A stretch of DNA of 64,000 nucleotides from the NCBI RefSeq assembly GCF_035084215.1, contig NC_090340.1, positions 14,694,001 through 14,758,000 on the forward strand, in the 5' to 3' direction. The translations under genes were made by a program, and so were the position numbers. A model generated the notes under the pieces. That model ran no database searches and was not told the DNA's origin. It saw only the letters and a program-made list of their open reading frames with translations. Shown here in pieces: positions 35,713 to 49,615 of this stretch (within the stretch, counting starts at the first letter, position 1; each line of letters starts with the position of its first letter). Origin of the DNA: Heptranchias perlo. Its lineage: Eukaryota.

Positions 35713-38309
35713 GACCTTCTTCTTTGTTCTTATCTCACTCCGCCCCCTTTTTTCCTGGCAATACATTAACGTGTAAACTGTTAAATCTCTAACTTCTTCC
35801 ATTTCTGATGAAAGTTCATCATCCTGAAACCAATGTGCACGCAACACGGTCTCACAAACAGAAAATTAATTGAATGATCAGCGTATTCACTGATAAATTC
35901 GGATGAATTGCTGACGAGGACACTTGGAGAACTGTGCGCTGTTCTTCAAAAATGCCGTGGGATCTTCTTCATCTACCTAAGCAGGCAGATGGATCCTTAG
36001 TTGGGTCATTAGATAATCTTGAAAGCAATGCACATAATCTTAAAGACAATAATCTCAAATCACGCTGAATTCCTTATATTATATCGGTGCGAACTTCCTA
36101 TTAACTTCTTCCATTAGAAATGCCTATGTCGGAATTTCTAATGGAAATTGGTTCTATGCGTTTGTCAAGCTGTAATTATGCCCTCCCGCAATAGGGGCAT
36201 TGCACTGGCACGAGGGCGTAATTGCAGCCCAACGGGTATAACATGGGACATTTCCATTATAAAAATGAATATCAGAATTGATAGGACAGAATGTATATAA
36301 CTTAAAATGGATATCAAGTTACGTCTGTATGCATTGGACCAAATAACACCCATCGTCTAACCTGATGACTGCACGCCTGTTTGATTTTCCTTGTGCAACA
36401 CGATGGGCGATTGAATCTATTTTATAAAATTTACCTTGACATTAAAAAATGGCTGATGCGGACTAACATGAATACAAGCAGAGACAGTGCTTTATAATGA
36501 GATGAGCTACAGGAAGGCAGTTAGCCTTCATGATCAGGATTACATCTTTATGTGGAATATTTCAGCACCTCCTGTTGCTGGTCATTATTTATCCTTTTTA
36601 TAAAAAGGACGAGGGCGGAGTTCAAGTGACATTAGAAGAAATAAAAAATGACAAATTTCCTCTTCTTGTACTTGGGCATGAAGGATTGTTTCTCCTATTG
36701 GCATGCAATTTCTCCTGCCCGATATTCCAAAGGTCCCAGGATAACCCACAATGCTCCTAGAACCTCCGTCCCCAGTGAATCCAGAACTTTGCGTCTTTCC
36801 TCCCACTCCTCCCGACCATTGGGCCCAACGTTCCCCTCCCCCACCCCAAAATATAAAAAACCTGAGACACCATCAAATTACTCCTGACCCTGATCCCCTT
36901 CCCAGTGCGCCGTGGTCCTATGATTGGCCCGAATACTGATAAGCCAATTGTCCCTAACAATAGGACTTGGCATAATAGCGTGTCCTTTCCAGCTCTGACT
37001 CATTGTGAGCAACGCCACGAGAGATCAACTCGTTATATATTAAAAAACTAACAGCTTTGCACTGTTCATGTCACCTTCATCCATTATAAATTGAAAGCTC
37101 CACATGATTAATATAAACAGCCAAAATAATCTTGTCACACTATCGGTACACCATGTCACTACTGAAGGCCCGACTGCATCATAACTAGCAGGACGGTGTA
37201 ATTAGAGCTTGAGAAGTTTACCGTGGCAGTTTACATTATAAGTGTGGCTATAAGAATTTGTATTGAAAACGCAGAAAAATTGCTACTGAATGTATGACTT
37301 TAAAAAGTGACTGGATTATATCTGCACGTCCTGGCCCAATTAAAATCTGCCCATTGAAATAATTTTAATTGAAGACAAGACATGGTCTTGACAGTCTGCA
37401 AAAACACGGACAATTAATTAGTAATATATTAACAATCTTACATATGCAAGTACTTCAATTATAACTTCCCCAGTTCACTTTTATAATGCGAAGTATTTAA
37501 ATAAACTTGTCACACTGTACTGCCATGCTGCCACTAGCACTGAACTGCCTCAGCATTATACTTCGCTGCTCCTCAGCCTGTACTTCAGGGAAGCTCCTAT
37601 GGTCTGACTGCTCTGCTTCCCAGATGGTCATAATTTTGCTATTTAACTATAAATAACTATATAAAACAAAAATAGATGAAAATAAGGACATAATTTATGA
37701 TTTCAATATGTGGATTGAATTAATTCTGCGTCCTCCGGGCCAATTATTTCTCAACCCTCAACCGCTCCTTCACGGAAACACCACCTTTGGTCCCGGCTCC
37801 CGGCGTGTAACGACACGACCGAGGTGCCGAGTATTGTTACTGATTCCACTCTCAGCGCGCCCGCACCACCACCGACCTACTAGCACTACAGCGTTTCTTC
37901 ACTCGTTCAGTTCATTTCCTCTGTTGCCATTTTTGATTCTTCTGCTGCGTTGACCCAATTTGGGTGTGTTTGATATGCGTTGTACTTTAAAGGATTGGGC
38001 TCTGCGAAGTTTAAATTCTTCATTTGGATTCGACTATAAAGTAGAGGACTTCAGGCATTGGGATCAGGCTGCAAATGATTCGAGGTATAATTGGCAGTTT
38101 GCAAAAGTGACCTCCCCACTTAGCCCAGCGGTCCACTCATTCGGCCCTCATTGTTCCCTTCTCAAAAAATTTCGTCAAACTCAACCTTCCCATAACAAAT
38201 CCATGCGGACTGTCCTTGGTTAATCTGTACCTTTCTAAATGACAATAAATATTGTCCACAGAATTCCTTCCAATAATTTACCCACCTCTGAGGTTAGGTT
38301 GTACTATGT

Positions 38310-40390
38310 GTTTTAGAATCGTAGAATGTTACAGCATAGAAACAGACCATTCGGCACGTAGGGTCTGCACGATTGTTTGTCTCCACATGAAACACTTGGT
38401 TAATTCCACTCTTCTGTTCGATCTCCACAACCTTCAACATTCCTCTTTTTTCATGCAACTACTTCCCTTTGAAAAGGATTTCTGCGTCAGAAAAGGAATG
38501 CGGCAGAAAACTCCACATTCTAACCATGATCATTGTAAAGAGTATTTTGCATTTCCCTTTAAATTATTTGCGGTTATATTACATTTGTGCCCTCTTGTTG
38601 CCGTGACCCCGCCAGGGATAACGATTTATCGCTATTACTTTCTTACATCCTTCACAATCTACAAAACCTCTACATGTTCACCCCTTAATCTTCTCAGCTC
38701 CATCGATGAAAGCCCGAGCTTCTCGTCCCTCCATAACATTATTCCACATTTTTTAGCAAAATAGTAGCCTATCTATGCTGCACGCCTTCCATTGTTTCCC
38801 AATCCGTCTTGTAAAGGGAAACTCAAACCTCTGCACAACACTCCAATTGTAGTGTAACTAAATTCACGTACATTACCTTTTTGCTTTTCTATTTTATGCC
38901 TCTGGAGAGGAATTCAAAAGAGACTGTTCGGACTTTTAGGTCCTAATCTCCGTGCGCTGCCACTGTTGGTGTCTTGTGTATCTGCACACCAAGGTCACTC
39001 TGCTCCTCTGCACCATTTCAAATCCAACTATTAAATGAGAATTTTGTTTCTCTGTTTTTATCTCCAAAAATGTATTGCTTCAAATTTCTCTGCTTTCTAC
39101 ATCTCTATCTAACTGTCTATTCAGCGATGTCATGATTTCACACGCTCCATCCCAATTCTCCATCATCACCTTCCCATTAGGTGTCACCTTTATGTGTTCA
39201 GCGAATAAAGGCAGCATTAACTCCGTTGGCTGGGAAGTATCATTCATCAAATATTTCCATTCCAAGAAGCTGCATTTTACTCTTATACCTTGTTCGCTAC
39301 CTTCCAATCATCTCTCTAACCTTCTGGCCACATTCCTCTTACTTACGTTGCTGAGGGTTTCTTATCTGACTCCTTATCAAACGTGCTTCTAAAGTCCATA
39401 TGAAATACATTCACAATCTGTCCTTTGCATTTTCCTTCTGTTATTTCTTCAAAGAATTCTCTAAAGGAAACCAAACACTATCTGCTATTTAGAAATTGGT
39501 GCTGGCTGGCCTTGCTGAGCTCTTGGTTCTACAAGTGCCTGGCAGCTTTTTCTGGAGTGATACAGGGCCCATTAAATATAATTCAATGTTCAGCAACTGT
39601 TCAACCACGATTATGTTTCAAATTAGTTTCACATTCGATTTTCTCATCTAATAACAAAATAATTTCAAGATTCCTTTGATAACTAGTCAACCAATTGTGA
39701 TACATTCGTGTGCAGCAGTGAAAAGGTCAAGGAGTGGGCGCTCAGGCAGCCCCGTGTTCTGATAAAATTGAAGCAATTAGCTGAAGTTTTCGCCTTGTGT
39801 TTTTTGATTTGCGAAGAAGTGTTGCTAAATAGTGACACGGGCGCGTGGGTTTCTCAAGCTAAATAAAGAACAAGGCTCACTTGCTCATCTCCGCTCCAGC
39901 AGTGCAATATTAAATTTAGCTTTTAATTGCAACACTCTGAAAACGTACCGAGTGTTGAACATCAGCAGGTATAACGCCTCGTGGCCCAGTGTAATTGCAG
40001 AAACAGGCAGTGTTCTCATTAAACGGAGACTCTTGTAACGTTTCTTTACCCCACTATCGACTGGAATCGTTTCATCTTAAGGCGGCTGAATCGTTTCTAT
40101 TCGCTCCATTTCCTATATTATGCTAAGTGTAGAAGTGTTTTCCGAAATACATCTTCGGGCGCTTCATTTATTCATCTACACATAAATTTCAGGACAGTGA
40201 AACTGGCTAAATCCACGACACTCTGCTTAATTGAATGAACTGCAATATTGTAATATTGATCACATGAGCTCCAAACTTGTAAGTTGTGGACAACTGTCTA
40301 AAATGTCAAAAGTATTTGATTAAAGTGAAGCCGATTTGATTCAATCACCTGTTAATTGTAACAATTTTAAGATGAGTGTTACAACTTAAA
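38310..40390 (+). repeat. Third, more diverged copy of the intergenic block of the receptor duplication unit (includes an ancient minus-strand CR1 relic)
   Basis: Collinear with 14930-15115 plus 18411-20290 and with 26905-28420 (for example tagaatgttacagc, ttctc.agctaaataaa, gcgctt..tttattcatc). Confidence 0.65.
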
Positions 40391-43329
40391 ATTGCCCCTT
40401 TTCACGGTGGTCTACACCTTAGGACCACAGGCTGCATGCGACCAAGGAGGGGATTTTGTAAGGAACTTCTTATGAAATATCTTGCCGTGCAACTTCGTCC
40501 GCGTCGCGAGCAGTACGCAACGGAGAGGGCAATTGTTCCCATTCGTGATATCACAGTAGGGGAACTCCCATGTAAATTTCGTGCTCCCAGGCTGCCTGTA
40601 AGCAGCTGTTTCACATCATGTAAGAGGTGACTGAACACAACAGGTACAGCTCCACATAAGTTGCGTGACCTGTTGAGTGTATCCAGCATTTTATGTTTCT
40701 ATTATAGGTATTCCACTTCATAACGCTGGAGGCATAAGGGACAGGTTAGCAGAATGCGCTTCTCATTTAAGAACACGCTGCATTTGGTTATGTTGAAGAT
40801 GGATTAAAATTTTAAGAACACAAATAGAAACAAGTATACAGACCAACACGCATGTGTGAGTACGTGCGCGCAAGCACACGCACACACCAAATTTATAGTC
40901 TCTGTGCATATCCAGTGAAAAATATCCAACCAGAGTATTCAAATGGATATATAATAAAAATGAAAGTTAATATATCAATGAGAAAGAACAATCTTCTTAT
41001 CTTACTCAAAGGGGGAAGATCATTTTTTGCGAACTAATCGACGTGAACTTATTTGCTGCAATTCAATTGGATATATTCCATATCGATAACACATCATTTG
41101 CACACTGCATACTTTGAAAGCAATGGTGGTACTGAGACTGTCGCCTGTCCAGCAGTATGAAGATTGCACATGCAACCGAGATCCCTTTTCTTTCAATGGA
41201 GAACACAAGAGCTGATACACAAAATGAAATAAGGGATCCCTTGGGAAATGTATTTTTAACGTACTTTCGCCTCACACTGCAGTCACACTCAGTGCGGTGT
41301 CGAACCGAAGCCCTTTGAGACTAACTCCTCCAGGTCGGGCTTTAACTTGAATTCCAGCTGCAACTTTAGCTTGGCTGCGAAGCCGAAACGACTTCACGAG
41401 AAGCTAAAGTTCGTAACAATGGTTTACAGCCAACAACTGATAAATAATGGTGGAGCCGAATATCCAGCTTGAAAATCCTAGGAGAACCGAATATGTCTTT
41501 TACAAGATGCACAGCTTCCCGCTGATCTCTACCTTTTCCATTGTTAAAGTTGCCAATATGTAATAAACAGAGGAACCGCTCATTGTTGGGGGAGGGGGGC
41601 TGTTCCGATTTTTAAAAAATGAAGTATATTTGGTAGGAATACATCCGCTTTCTTGTACAGTAGCCTTGTGGGTTACACTCTCCGTGGCCTAGTGTAATAA
41701 TCAATCATTCGGACCGCACTAGTCCTTCTAATTCAGGTTAGTAAGAAAGAATGTGCGTCATGGGACCAAAGTTTCCAGAATGCAAACACCTGGACGCTTC
41801 TTGGATTATCCGGTTAACTAAGAGTCAAAAACTTGTTAATCAGCCTGTTTCATCACTGGGCAAGGCGATACAGATATGCTTATCATAGCAGGAAATTCGG
41901 CCCCGCCAGTCAACTAAAGCAGCAAACTAAAACTGCATGTATATTTAGCTTGCAACCACAGACAGTTAGATACGTGCCGATTAACATGTTCATTCATCTA
42001 CAGTCAAACAAGCCTGCAGCGGCTCCACTTTTGCAAAGTGAAGTAAGATTAAACTTTCTATCACAAATATCTAGGAACACGTAATCTTGGTACACATACA
42101 TCCTGATAATTACCTGAGTAAGACTTTAAGTCTTTTCTCTCGGATCTTCAGACTATTTTACCGTTTGAATTTTTTTTACCGTAAAGTATGGAGAACTGCA
42201 CCCGTTAATATTGTGACCAACTGCACCAGATTGTCTTTTTAGCCTTTCAAACACAAGTCTTTCAAACATTCTGTGCAATTCGCTGATGACTCAGGGGGCA
42301 ATAGATCCCCGGAGTGCAGTACTGAGTTATGCAGAACAGGAAGGTCATTTTTTCTAATCCCGTTGTCTGTGGAAATAGAGTCTGGGAAGTGGGGTTCCAC
42401 CACCGATCTCAGCTGTCGTGGCCTCTGCTTGAAGCTCGTGCATAGAGAAGATAAAGCCGGGATGTGATAGTTCCTCCCATCCGATTATCCACTAATGGAC
42501 CGGAGAGTGTAAAATGTAATTTGTGTAGCTAAAACTCCAGATCGCTAATGTCATTCCCAAGATTAAATAAGTCACTGGGAGTTTGACTATCTACACTGCA
42601 AGCAATGCTGTCGATACAAAACGATTGTTATATTTTGGGTTTTTTATTTTCTTACTCTCTCACAGAAACAAGATGTTAATGGGCCTCCAACACATCTTGT
42701 ATTTATAATTCTACCAATGGAACATTCTCTCTAAGGCACTTCGATTAACATCAGTAAATTATTAGACAAGTGAAAGGTTTACACACTCAAAGCAACTTGA
42801 CACATAAAAAATCAACACTCAGACTTATTCGAAAATATCGTCAGCTGGTGACATACATCCAGCAAGAAACGTGTCAACCCGCAGGAAGTACTAACATGAA
42901 GTCCCAGCTACAACCCTCTCCCCCTTCTGATTACAGCTTTACATAGAATGCATTAAGCTCATTTTATATCCATCCACCAACTTTGTATCATCTAATGCTA
43001 CAGGAAGAGTATGTAGCGAACTACAACGGAAAGTGTCTGTAAGCGAATGTTGCATGAACCCTTGATCCGTCTCGGTTGTGGCTCCTTCGCTTCCTGCTTT
43101 TTGTTTCTGTTTTTCTTTCCCAGCTGTACCTGGACACACTTTCCCAAAGGCTAAGGATTTGCTGTCGTTGAATTATGAGCAGCAGAGGCAGATCTTCTCA
43201 ACAGTTCTTTACTTGACCATTAAAAACAGAATTCCGCACTTTATTTTTACATATTGTAAATGCTTTGATAATTCTTTCTATTTTTCATCCACACGCGGTG
43301 CTCTTTTCTGCATGTTCGCATCAAAGTCA

Positions 43330-43505
43330 TTTGACTCGCAGACATCATCACCACTGCACCGGCTCACAGGCGCTCTCACAACTGTATCAATATTATTAGA
43401 CTCACAGGCATTCACCAATGCATCAATATCTTTAGGCTCATAGTCACACTCACCAATTCATCAATATCATTAGACTTACACACACTCACCACTGCATCAA
43501 TATTT
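43330..43505 (+). repeat. Degenerate ~35-bp minisatellite
   Basis: Repeated tcaatatcattagactcaca...ctcaccactgca. Confidence 0.7.
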
Positions 43506-43919
43506 AGATTGAATTATTAAATTAAAGGGACGTTCTTCAATTGCATCTTCTCATTGCAATAAAAATAATCTAACATTAAATCAGTGTTGGACTAGAACAA
43601 ACGTTCCTCAATTTTCAATAAAGATGCCATCATCTCAGGATGTCACAACGTTCATTCGGCGGTACTCTTTCGCTCATGATTATTGTGTAAGTGCAATTGT
43701 AATTGTGAATTTTGCCTCTTTTATATTTGGAGGCAACCGATTACCTAAACCATAACCGACGTCGCACTGATAGGTTTTCACTGCACTCAATGTTGAATGA
43801 CTTTAAACAAAAATACAGCTCTTAGTTTTATGAATAGCTGAGTGAAACTCTTCAAACTCTCTGCATTCACTTGACAGCAAATGCCCTCATGCACACGTAT
43901 AACAATTACATTTCCGCAC

Positions 43920-46900
43920 TGAAATAAGACACATCTTAGGTCAAGGACAGAACCTATTTTGGCAGAGTTAAGAAACAATGTAGATGCCATTATACTAGTG
44001 GGTGTATTCTGCAGGCCACCAACTAATGGGAAGGATATAGAGGAACAAATTTGCTGGGAAATTACAGAGAGGTGCAAGAGCCATCGAGTAGTGACAATGG
44101 GGACATCAATCACCCCAATATAGTCTGAGATAGTAATGGTGCAAGCAGCAGAGAGCGAGAAGAATTTCTGCAGTGTGTTCAGGAGAACTTTCTTGATCAG
44201 TACGTTTCCTGCCCAAAGAGGAAGAAGGCATTGCTGGTTCTGGTTCAGGGGAATGAGGTGGGACAAATTGAGCAAGTTTTGGTCGCGGAACATTTAGGGA
44301 ACAATGTTCACAGTATCATAAGTTTTAGATTAGCTATGGCAAAGGACAAGGGGCAATATAGAATAAAAATACATAATTGTTGGAGGGCCAATTTCAGGGG
44401 GTTGAGAACGGATCTGGCCCGGGGAAATTGAAATCAAAGATTGGCAGGCAAAACTGTAAAGCAAAAATGGGCGGCCTTTAAACGGGAGATGGTTCGGGTA
44501 CAGTCTACATACATTCCCACGAGGGGGAACGGTAGAGAAACTAAAGCCAGAGCTCCCTGGATGACGAAAGAGATAGAGAGTAAGATGACGCAGAAAAGGG
44601 GGGTGTATGACAGATGTCACGTTGATAAAACAAGTGAGGACCAGGCTGAATATAGAAAGTTCAGAGAGGAAGTTAAAAAAAAGAAATGAGGGGCAAAAAG
44701 AAAGTATGAGAATAGACTGGCAACTAATATAAAAGGGAATCCAAAAGTCTTCCACAGGCATATAAATAGTAAAGGGGTAGCAAGAGGAGGGGTGGGGCCG
44801 ATTCGGGAAATAAAAGGAGACATATGCAGGGTGGCAGAGGGATTGGCTGAGGTACCAAGTGAGTACTTTGCATTTGTCTGTACCAAGGGAGAAGATGCTG
44901 CCAAAGTCATAGTACAAGTGGAGGTAGATGAGATAATAAATAGAATAAATATGATAAAGAGGAGGTATTAGAAAGGCTGGCTGTATTTAAATTAGATAAG
45001 TCACCAGGTCCGGATAAGATGCAACCTACATTGCTGAGGGAAATACGGGTAGAAATTGCCGGGGTACTAGCCATAATCTTCCAATCATCATAGAGTCATA
45101 GAGTCATAGAGTTATACGGCACGGATAGAGGCCCTTCGGCCCATCGTGTCCACGCCGGCCATCAAGCCCTGTCTACTCTAATCCCATATTCCAGCATTTG
45201 GTCCGTAGCCTTGTATGCTTTGGCATTTCAAGTGCTCATCCAAATGCTTCTTGAATGTTGTGAGGGTTCCTGCCTCCACAACCCTTTCAGGCAGTGAGTT
45301 CCAGACTCCAACCACTCTCTGGGTGAAAAAGTTCTTTCTCAAATCCCCTCTAAACCTCCCGCCTTTTACCTTGAATCTATGTCCCCTTGTTATAGAACCC
45401 TCAACGAAGGGAAAAAGCTCCTTAGTATCCATCCTATCTGTGCCCCTCATAATTTTGTACACCTCGATCATGTCCCCCCTCAGCCTCCTCTGCTCCAAGG
45501 AAAACAAACCCAATCTTCCCAGTCTCTCTTCATAGCTGAAGCGCTCCAGCCCTGGTAACATCCTGGTGAATCTCCTCTGCACCCTCTCCAAAGCGATCAC
45601 ATTCTTCCTGTAGTGTGGCGACCAGAACTGCACACAGTACTCCAGCTGTGGCCTAACCAGTGTTTTATACAGCTCCATCATAACCTCCTTGCTCTTATAT
45701 TCTATGCCTCGGCTAATAAAGGCAAGTATCCCATATGCCTTCTTTACCACCTTATCTACCTGTTCCGCCGCCTTCAGGGATCTGTGAACTTGCACACCAA
45801 GATCCCTCTGACCCTCTGTCGTGCCTAGGGTCCTCCCATTCATTGTGTATTCCCTTGCCTTGTTAGTCCCTCCAAAGTGCATCACCTCGCACTTTTCCGG
45901 GTTAAATTCCATTTGCCACTGTTCCGCCCATCTGACCAACCCATCTATATCGTCCTGCAGACTGAGGCTATCCTCCTCGCTATTTACCACCCTACCAATT
46001 ATTTTTTGATCCTTAGATATGGTGGTAGTATCAGAGGACTGGAGAATTGCAAATGTTACACCCTTGTTCAAAAAAGGGTGTAAGGATAAAGCCGGCAACT
46101 ACAGGCCAGTCAATTTAACGTCGGTGGTGGGGAAATTTTTAGAAACAATAATCCTGCGCAAAATTAACAGTCACGTGGTCACGTGTGGCTTTACTAAAGA
46201 AAGCCAGCACAGATTGTTTCAAGGCAAATCGTGCTTAACTAACTTGATTGAATTATTTGATGAGGTAACAGAGACGGTTGATGAGGGCAATGTGGTTGAT
46301 GTGGTGTATATGACTTCCAAAAGGCGTTTGTTAAAGTACCACATAATAGGCTTGTCAACAAAGTTGAAGCCCATTGAATAAAAGGGGCAGTGGCAGCATG
46401 GAAACGAAATAGGCAAGTGACAGGAAACAGAGAGTAGCGGTGAACGGTTGTTTTTCGGACTGGAGGGAGTAATACAGTATTGTTCCCCAAGTATTGACAC
46501 TTGGACCACCGCTTTTCTTGATAAATATTAATGACTTGGACTTGGGTGTAAAGGGCACAATTTCAAAATTTGAAAATGGAACAAAGCTTGGTGGTGTAGT
46601 GAAAGTGAGGAGGATAGTGATAGACATCAAAAGGACCGAGACAGGTTGATGGAATGGGCGGACACGTGACAGATTAAATTTAACGCAGAGAAGTACGAAG
46701 TGACACATTTTTTGGGAAAAACGAGAAGTGGCAATATAAACTAAAGGGTGCAATTCTAAAGCGAGTGCAGGGACAGAGAGACCTGGCGATATTTGTGCAC
46801 AAATTGCCGAAGGTGGCAGGGCAGGTTGAGAAAGTGGCTAAAAAAGCGCATGGGATCCTGAGCTTTATAAATTGAGGCATGGAGTACAAAAGAAAGGAAG

Positions 46901-47490
46901 TTACGATGAATCTTTAGAAAACACTGGTTCGGTCACAACTGGAGTGTTGTGTCCAATTCTGAGCACTGCACTTTAGGAAGGATATGAAGGCCTTAGAGAG
47001 GGTGCAGAAAAGATTTACTTGAATTGTTCCAGGGATGAAGGACTTCAGTTACGTGGATAGACTGGAGAAGCTGGGGTTGTTCTCCTTGGAGCAGAGAAGG
47101 TTGAGAGGAGATTTGAGAGAGATGTTCAAAATCATGAGGAGTCTAGACAGAGTAGATGGAGAGAAACTGTGCTGATTGACAGATGGGTCCAGAAACAGAG
47201 GACACAGATTTAAGGTGATTGGCAAAAGAACCAAAGGCGACATGAGGAACAACATTTTAAGCAGCGAGTGGTTATAATCTGGAATGCACTGCCTGAGGGG
47301 GTGGTGGAGGCGGATTCAATCGTGGCTTTCAAAAGGGAATTGAATAAGTACTTGAAGGGAAAAAAATTGCAGAGCTACGGGGATAGGGTGGATAAGTGGG
47401 ACTAGCTGGATTGCTCTAACAGAGAGCTGGCACGGGCTCGACGGGCCTCCTTCTGTGCTCTAACCATTCTATGTTTCGATGATTCTATGA
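43920..47490 (+). mobile_element. Degenerate CR1 LINE ORF2 and 3' end, interrupted at 45088-46003
   Basis: Endonuclease and RT remnants (WRIANVTPLFKKG..NYRPVNLTS; GKSCLTNLIE) and a 3' ttctatg repeat tail. Confidence 0.88.
45088..46003 (-). mobile_element. Young 5'-truncated CR1 nested in an older CR1
   Basis: Open RT C-terminus (WQMEFNPEKC...RRLRGDMIEVYKI) and an 8-mer (ctctatga)n 3' tail at 45088-45112. Confidence 0.92.
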
Positions 47491-47661
47491 TCTTAAGGAA
47501 CCCCTGGGTGTCACATCGAACCATATAAATTAGAAGATGCCTGTTTGGATTAACAGTCTCTGTTGTGTTTTAGTTCTGGCAGCAGTTATGACACTAAAAC
47601 TGGTCTGAACGCCCAGGGAGAGGAAGAGGGCAATTAGCATTAAATCTTGCTGATGATCGTT

Positions 47662-48437
47662 ATTTTTTTCTATATTCGTTCATGGGATGTGGGCGTCGCT
47701 GGCGAGGCCGGCATTTATTGCCCATCCCTAATTGCCCTTGAGAAGGTGGTGGTGAGCCGCATTCTTGAACCGCTGCAGTCCGTGTGGTGAAGGTTCTCCC
47801 ACTGTGCTGTTAGGAAGGGAGTTCCAGGATTTTGACCCAGCGACGATGAAGGAACGGCGATATATTTCCAAGTCAGGATTGTGTGTGACTTGGAGGGGAA
47901 CGTGCAGGTGGTGGTTTTTCGCATGTGCCTGCTGCTCTTGTCCTTCTAGGTGGCAGAGGTCGTGGGTTTGGGAGGCGCTGTCGAATAAGCCTTGGCAAGT
48001 TGCTGCAGTGCATCCTGTGGATGGTACACAATGCAGCCACTGTGCGCCAGTGGTGAAGGGAGTGAATGTTTAGGGTGGTGGATGGGGTGCCAATCAAGTG
48101 GGCTGCTTTATCTTGGATGGTGTCGAGCTTCTTGAGTGTTGTTGGAGCTGCACTCATCCAAACAAGTGGAGAGTGTTCCATCACACTCCTGACTTGTGCC
48201 TTGTAGATGGTGGAAAGGCTTTGGGAAGTCAGGAGGTGAGTCACTCGCCACAGAATACCCAGCCTCTGACCTGCTCTCATAGCCACAGTATTTATATGGC
48301 TGGTCCAGTTAAGTTTCTGGTCAATGGTGACGCCCAGGATGTTGATGGTGGGGGATTCGGCGATGGTAATGCCATTGAATGTCATGGGGAGGTGGTTAGA
48401 CTCTCTCTTGTTGGAGATGGTCATTGCCTGGCACTTA
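47662..48437 (-). mobile_element. 3' fragment of the second LINE family
   Basis: Nearly identical to 3445-4215. Confidence 0.9.
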
Positions 48438-48867
48438 AGAGGCATCCAGAGGCCGCTGCTAGAAAATGCCGGTCGGATGAGCACAGGGGAGCGCTCGACA
48501 ACGTGATCCCCGTCCGCACTCGCTCTCTTGACCTATGCGTGAACAGTGGTCACGTGAGCAAAGAACGGCGGGCTGAGAAGGCGGTGCACATCCCAGCAAG
48601 AATCCACGCCTTGAGAAGGGGAGAAACGAGGAGAAACTGGCAAAGTAACCAGACGAAAACAGTTCACTCTGAGAGGCATGTATACCATATTAAATAACTG
48701 TCCCATAAAACCAACCCGGCAAATTTTACAGATGTTAATGCAATAATTAACAAGATCACTCGGAAAGTGGCGACTGCGATACGAATTCTTCAACCATACA
48801 TATAAACCTTGGAAAATTGAAGAAACATGCTGCATTTTACGACCACTGCACGTTCCAAAGAGATTCA

Positions 48868-49248
48868 CGGCCATTGAAGTTCGTTTGAAGTGTAGTCATT
48901 GTTATATTGTAGCAGCAGCAGCAAATTTGGCATAGCAAGTTCCCACAAAGAGCAATGAGAAAAATGATCAAATAATTGGTTTTGGTGAAGTGGATTGAGC
49001 AATCAATATTATCCAGGGCACCGGGGAGAACTTTCCGCTTTTCTTCGAAATAGTGCTATGGGATCTTTTATGTTTACTGGAGATGGCAGATGGGCCTCGG
49101 TTTAAGGTTTTGTTGGAAATTCGGTTCTTCTGACAGTGCAGTACTGCCATGAAGTGTTCGCCTAGACTTGTGCTCAAGTCTCTGGAGTGAGAACTTGAAC
49201 GCACAACTTCCTGACTCAGAGCGAGGAGCTACCATGGAACCAAGGCTC
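48868..49248 (-). mobile_element. tRNA-derived Deu-domain SINE (SacSINE1-like)
   Basis: Minus strand has an A-box-like tggttccatggtagc, a B-box-like gttcaagt, then gcagtactgcactgtc...ttaaaccgaggccc.tctgcc. Confidence 0.7.
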
Positions 49249-49501
49249 AAATTTCCTTTCGATGTTCAGATTTTACTATTTGAATTATCCTGTAACAAAC
49301 TGAATTAAATATGAAAATTGTTGTGTTAAAAGTATCAGTTTTCCATATTGTCTGCAATTTGGTACCAAAACGTTTTTATCGGCATATTTAAGTTACATAA
49401 GAAACAGCTGACGAAACCTCAATTCTCATCTCCATACCGTCAATCTTATCTGTGTATATGCTTTGAAGGTGATTTCCTGAATTAATAAAGCATTTTCTTA
49501 C

Positions 49502-49615
49502 CTTCAATGGAAGTTACTTTTAAATGGTCCACAATAATATCCGTCAGTCCAAGAATTACCAGAAAACCCATGACAAGCCAACCAATCATGAGGAGCCAAA
49601 TGATGAAATTGTGAT
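49502..49615 (-). pseudogene. IgSF receptor copy E: TM exon without a basic residue
   Basis: 114 bp, phase 1-1 (same length as the copy B TM exon), donor gtaaga. Reads DHNFIIWLLMIGWLVMGFLVILGLTDIIVDHLKVTSIE. Confidence 0.65.

Larger units (their letters stand above)
32855..35830 (+). mobile_element. Penelope-like element 3' remnant (32855-33132 and 35713-35830), split by the inverted-LTR element
   Basis: Degenerate KLEEQHFIF.LGT*QPSGFNIQFNNFRS* (GIY-YIG C-terminus), and a ctgatga...gaaac hammerhead-like core near 35804-35830. Confidence 0.65.

Noticed and set aside
42240-43130. Possible cytoplasmic exons of copy E on the minus strand (GTAGKEKQKQKAGSEG... near 43130; acceptor ttccacag near 42367)
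   Set aside because: Donors are weak, no ITIM is present, and there is no homology to other copies, so it cannot be supported.
45178-46098. 306-aa ORF as a host gene
   Set aside because: It is a truncated CR1 RT C-terminus whose N-terminus comes from the antisense strand of the older host CR1.
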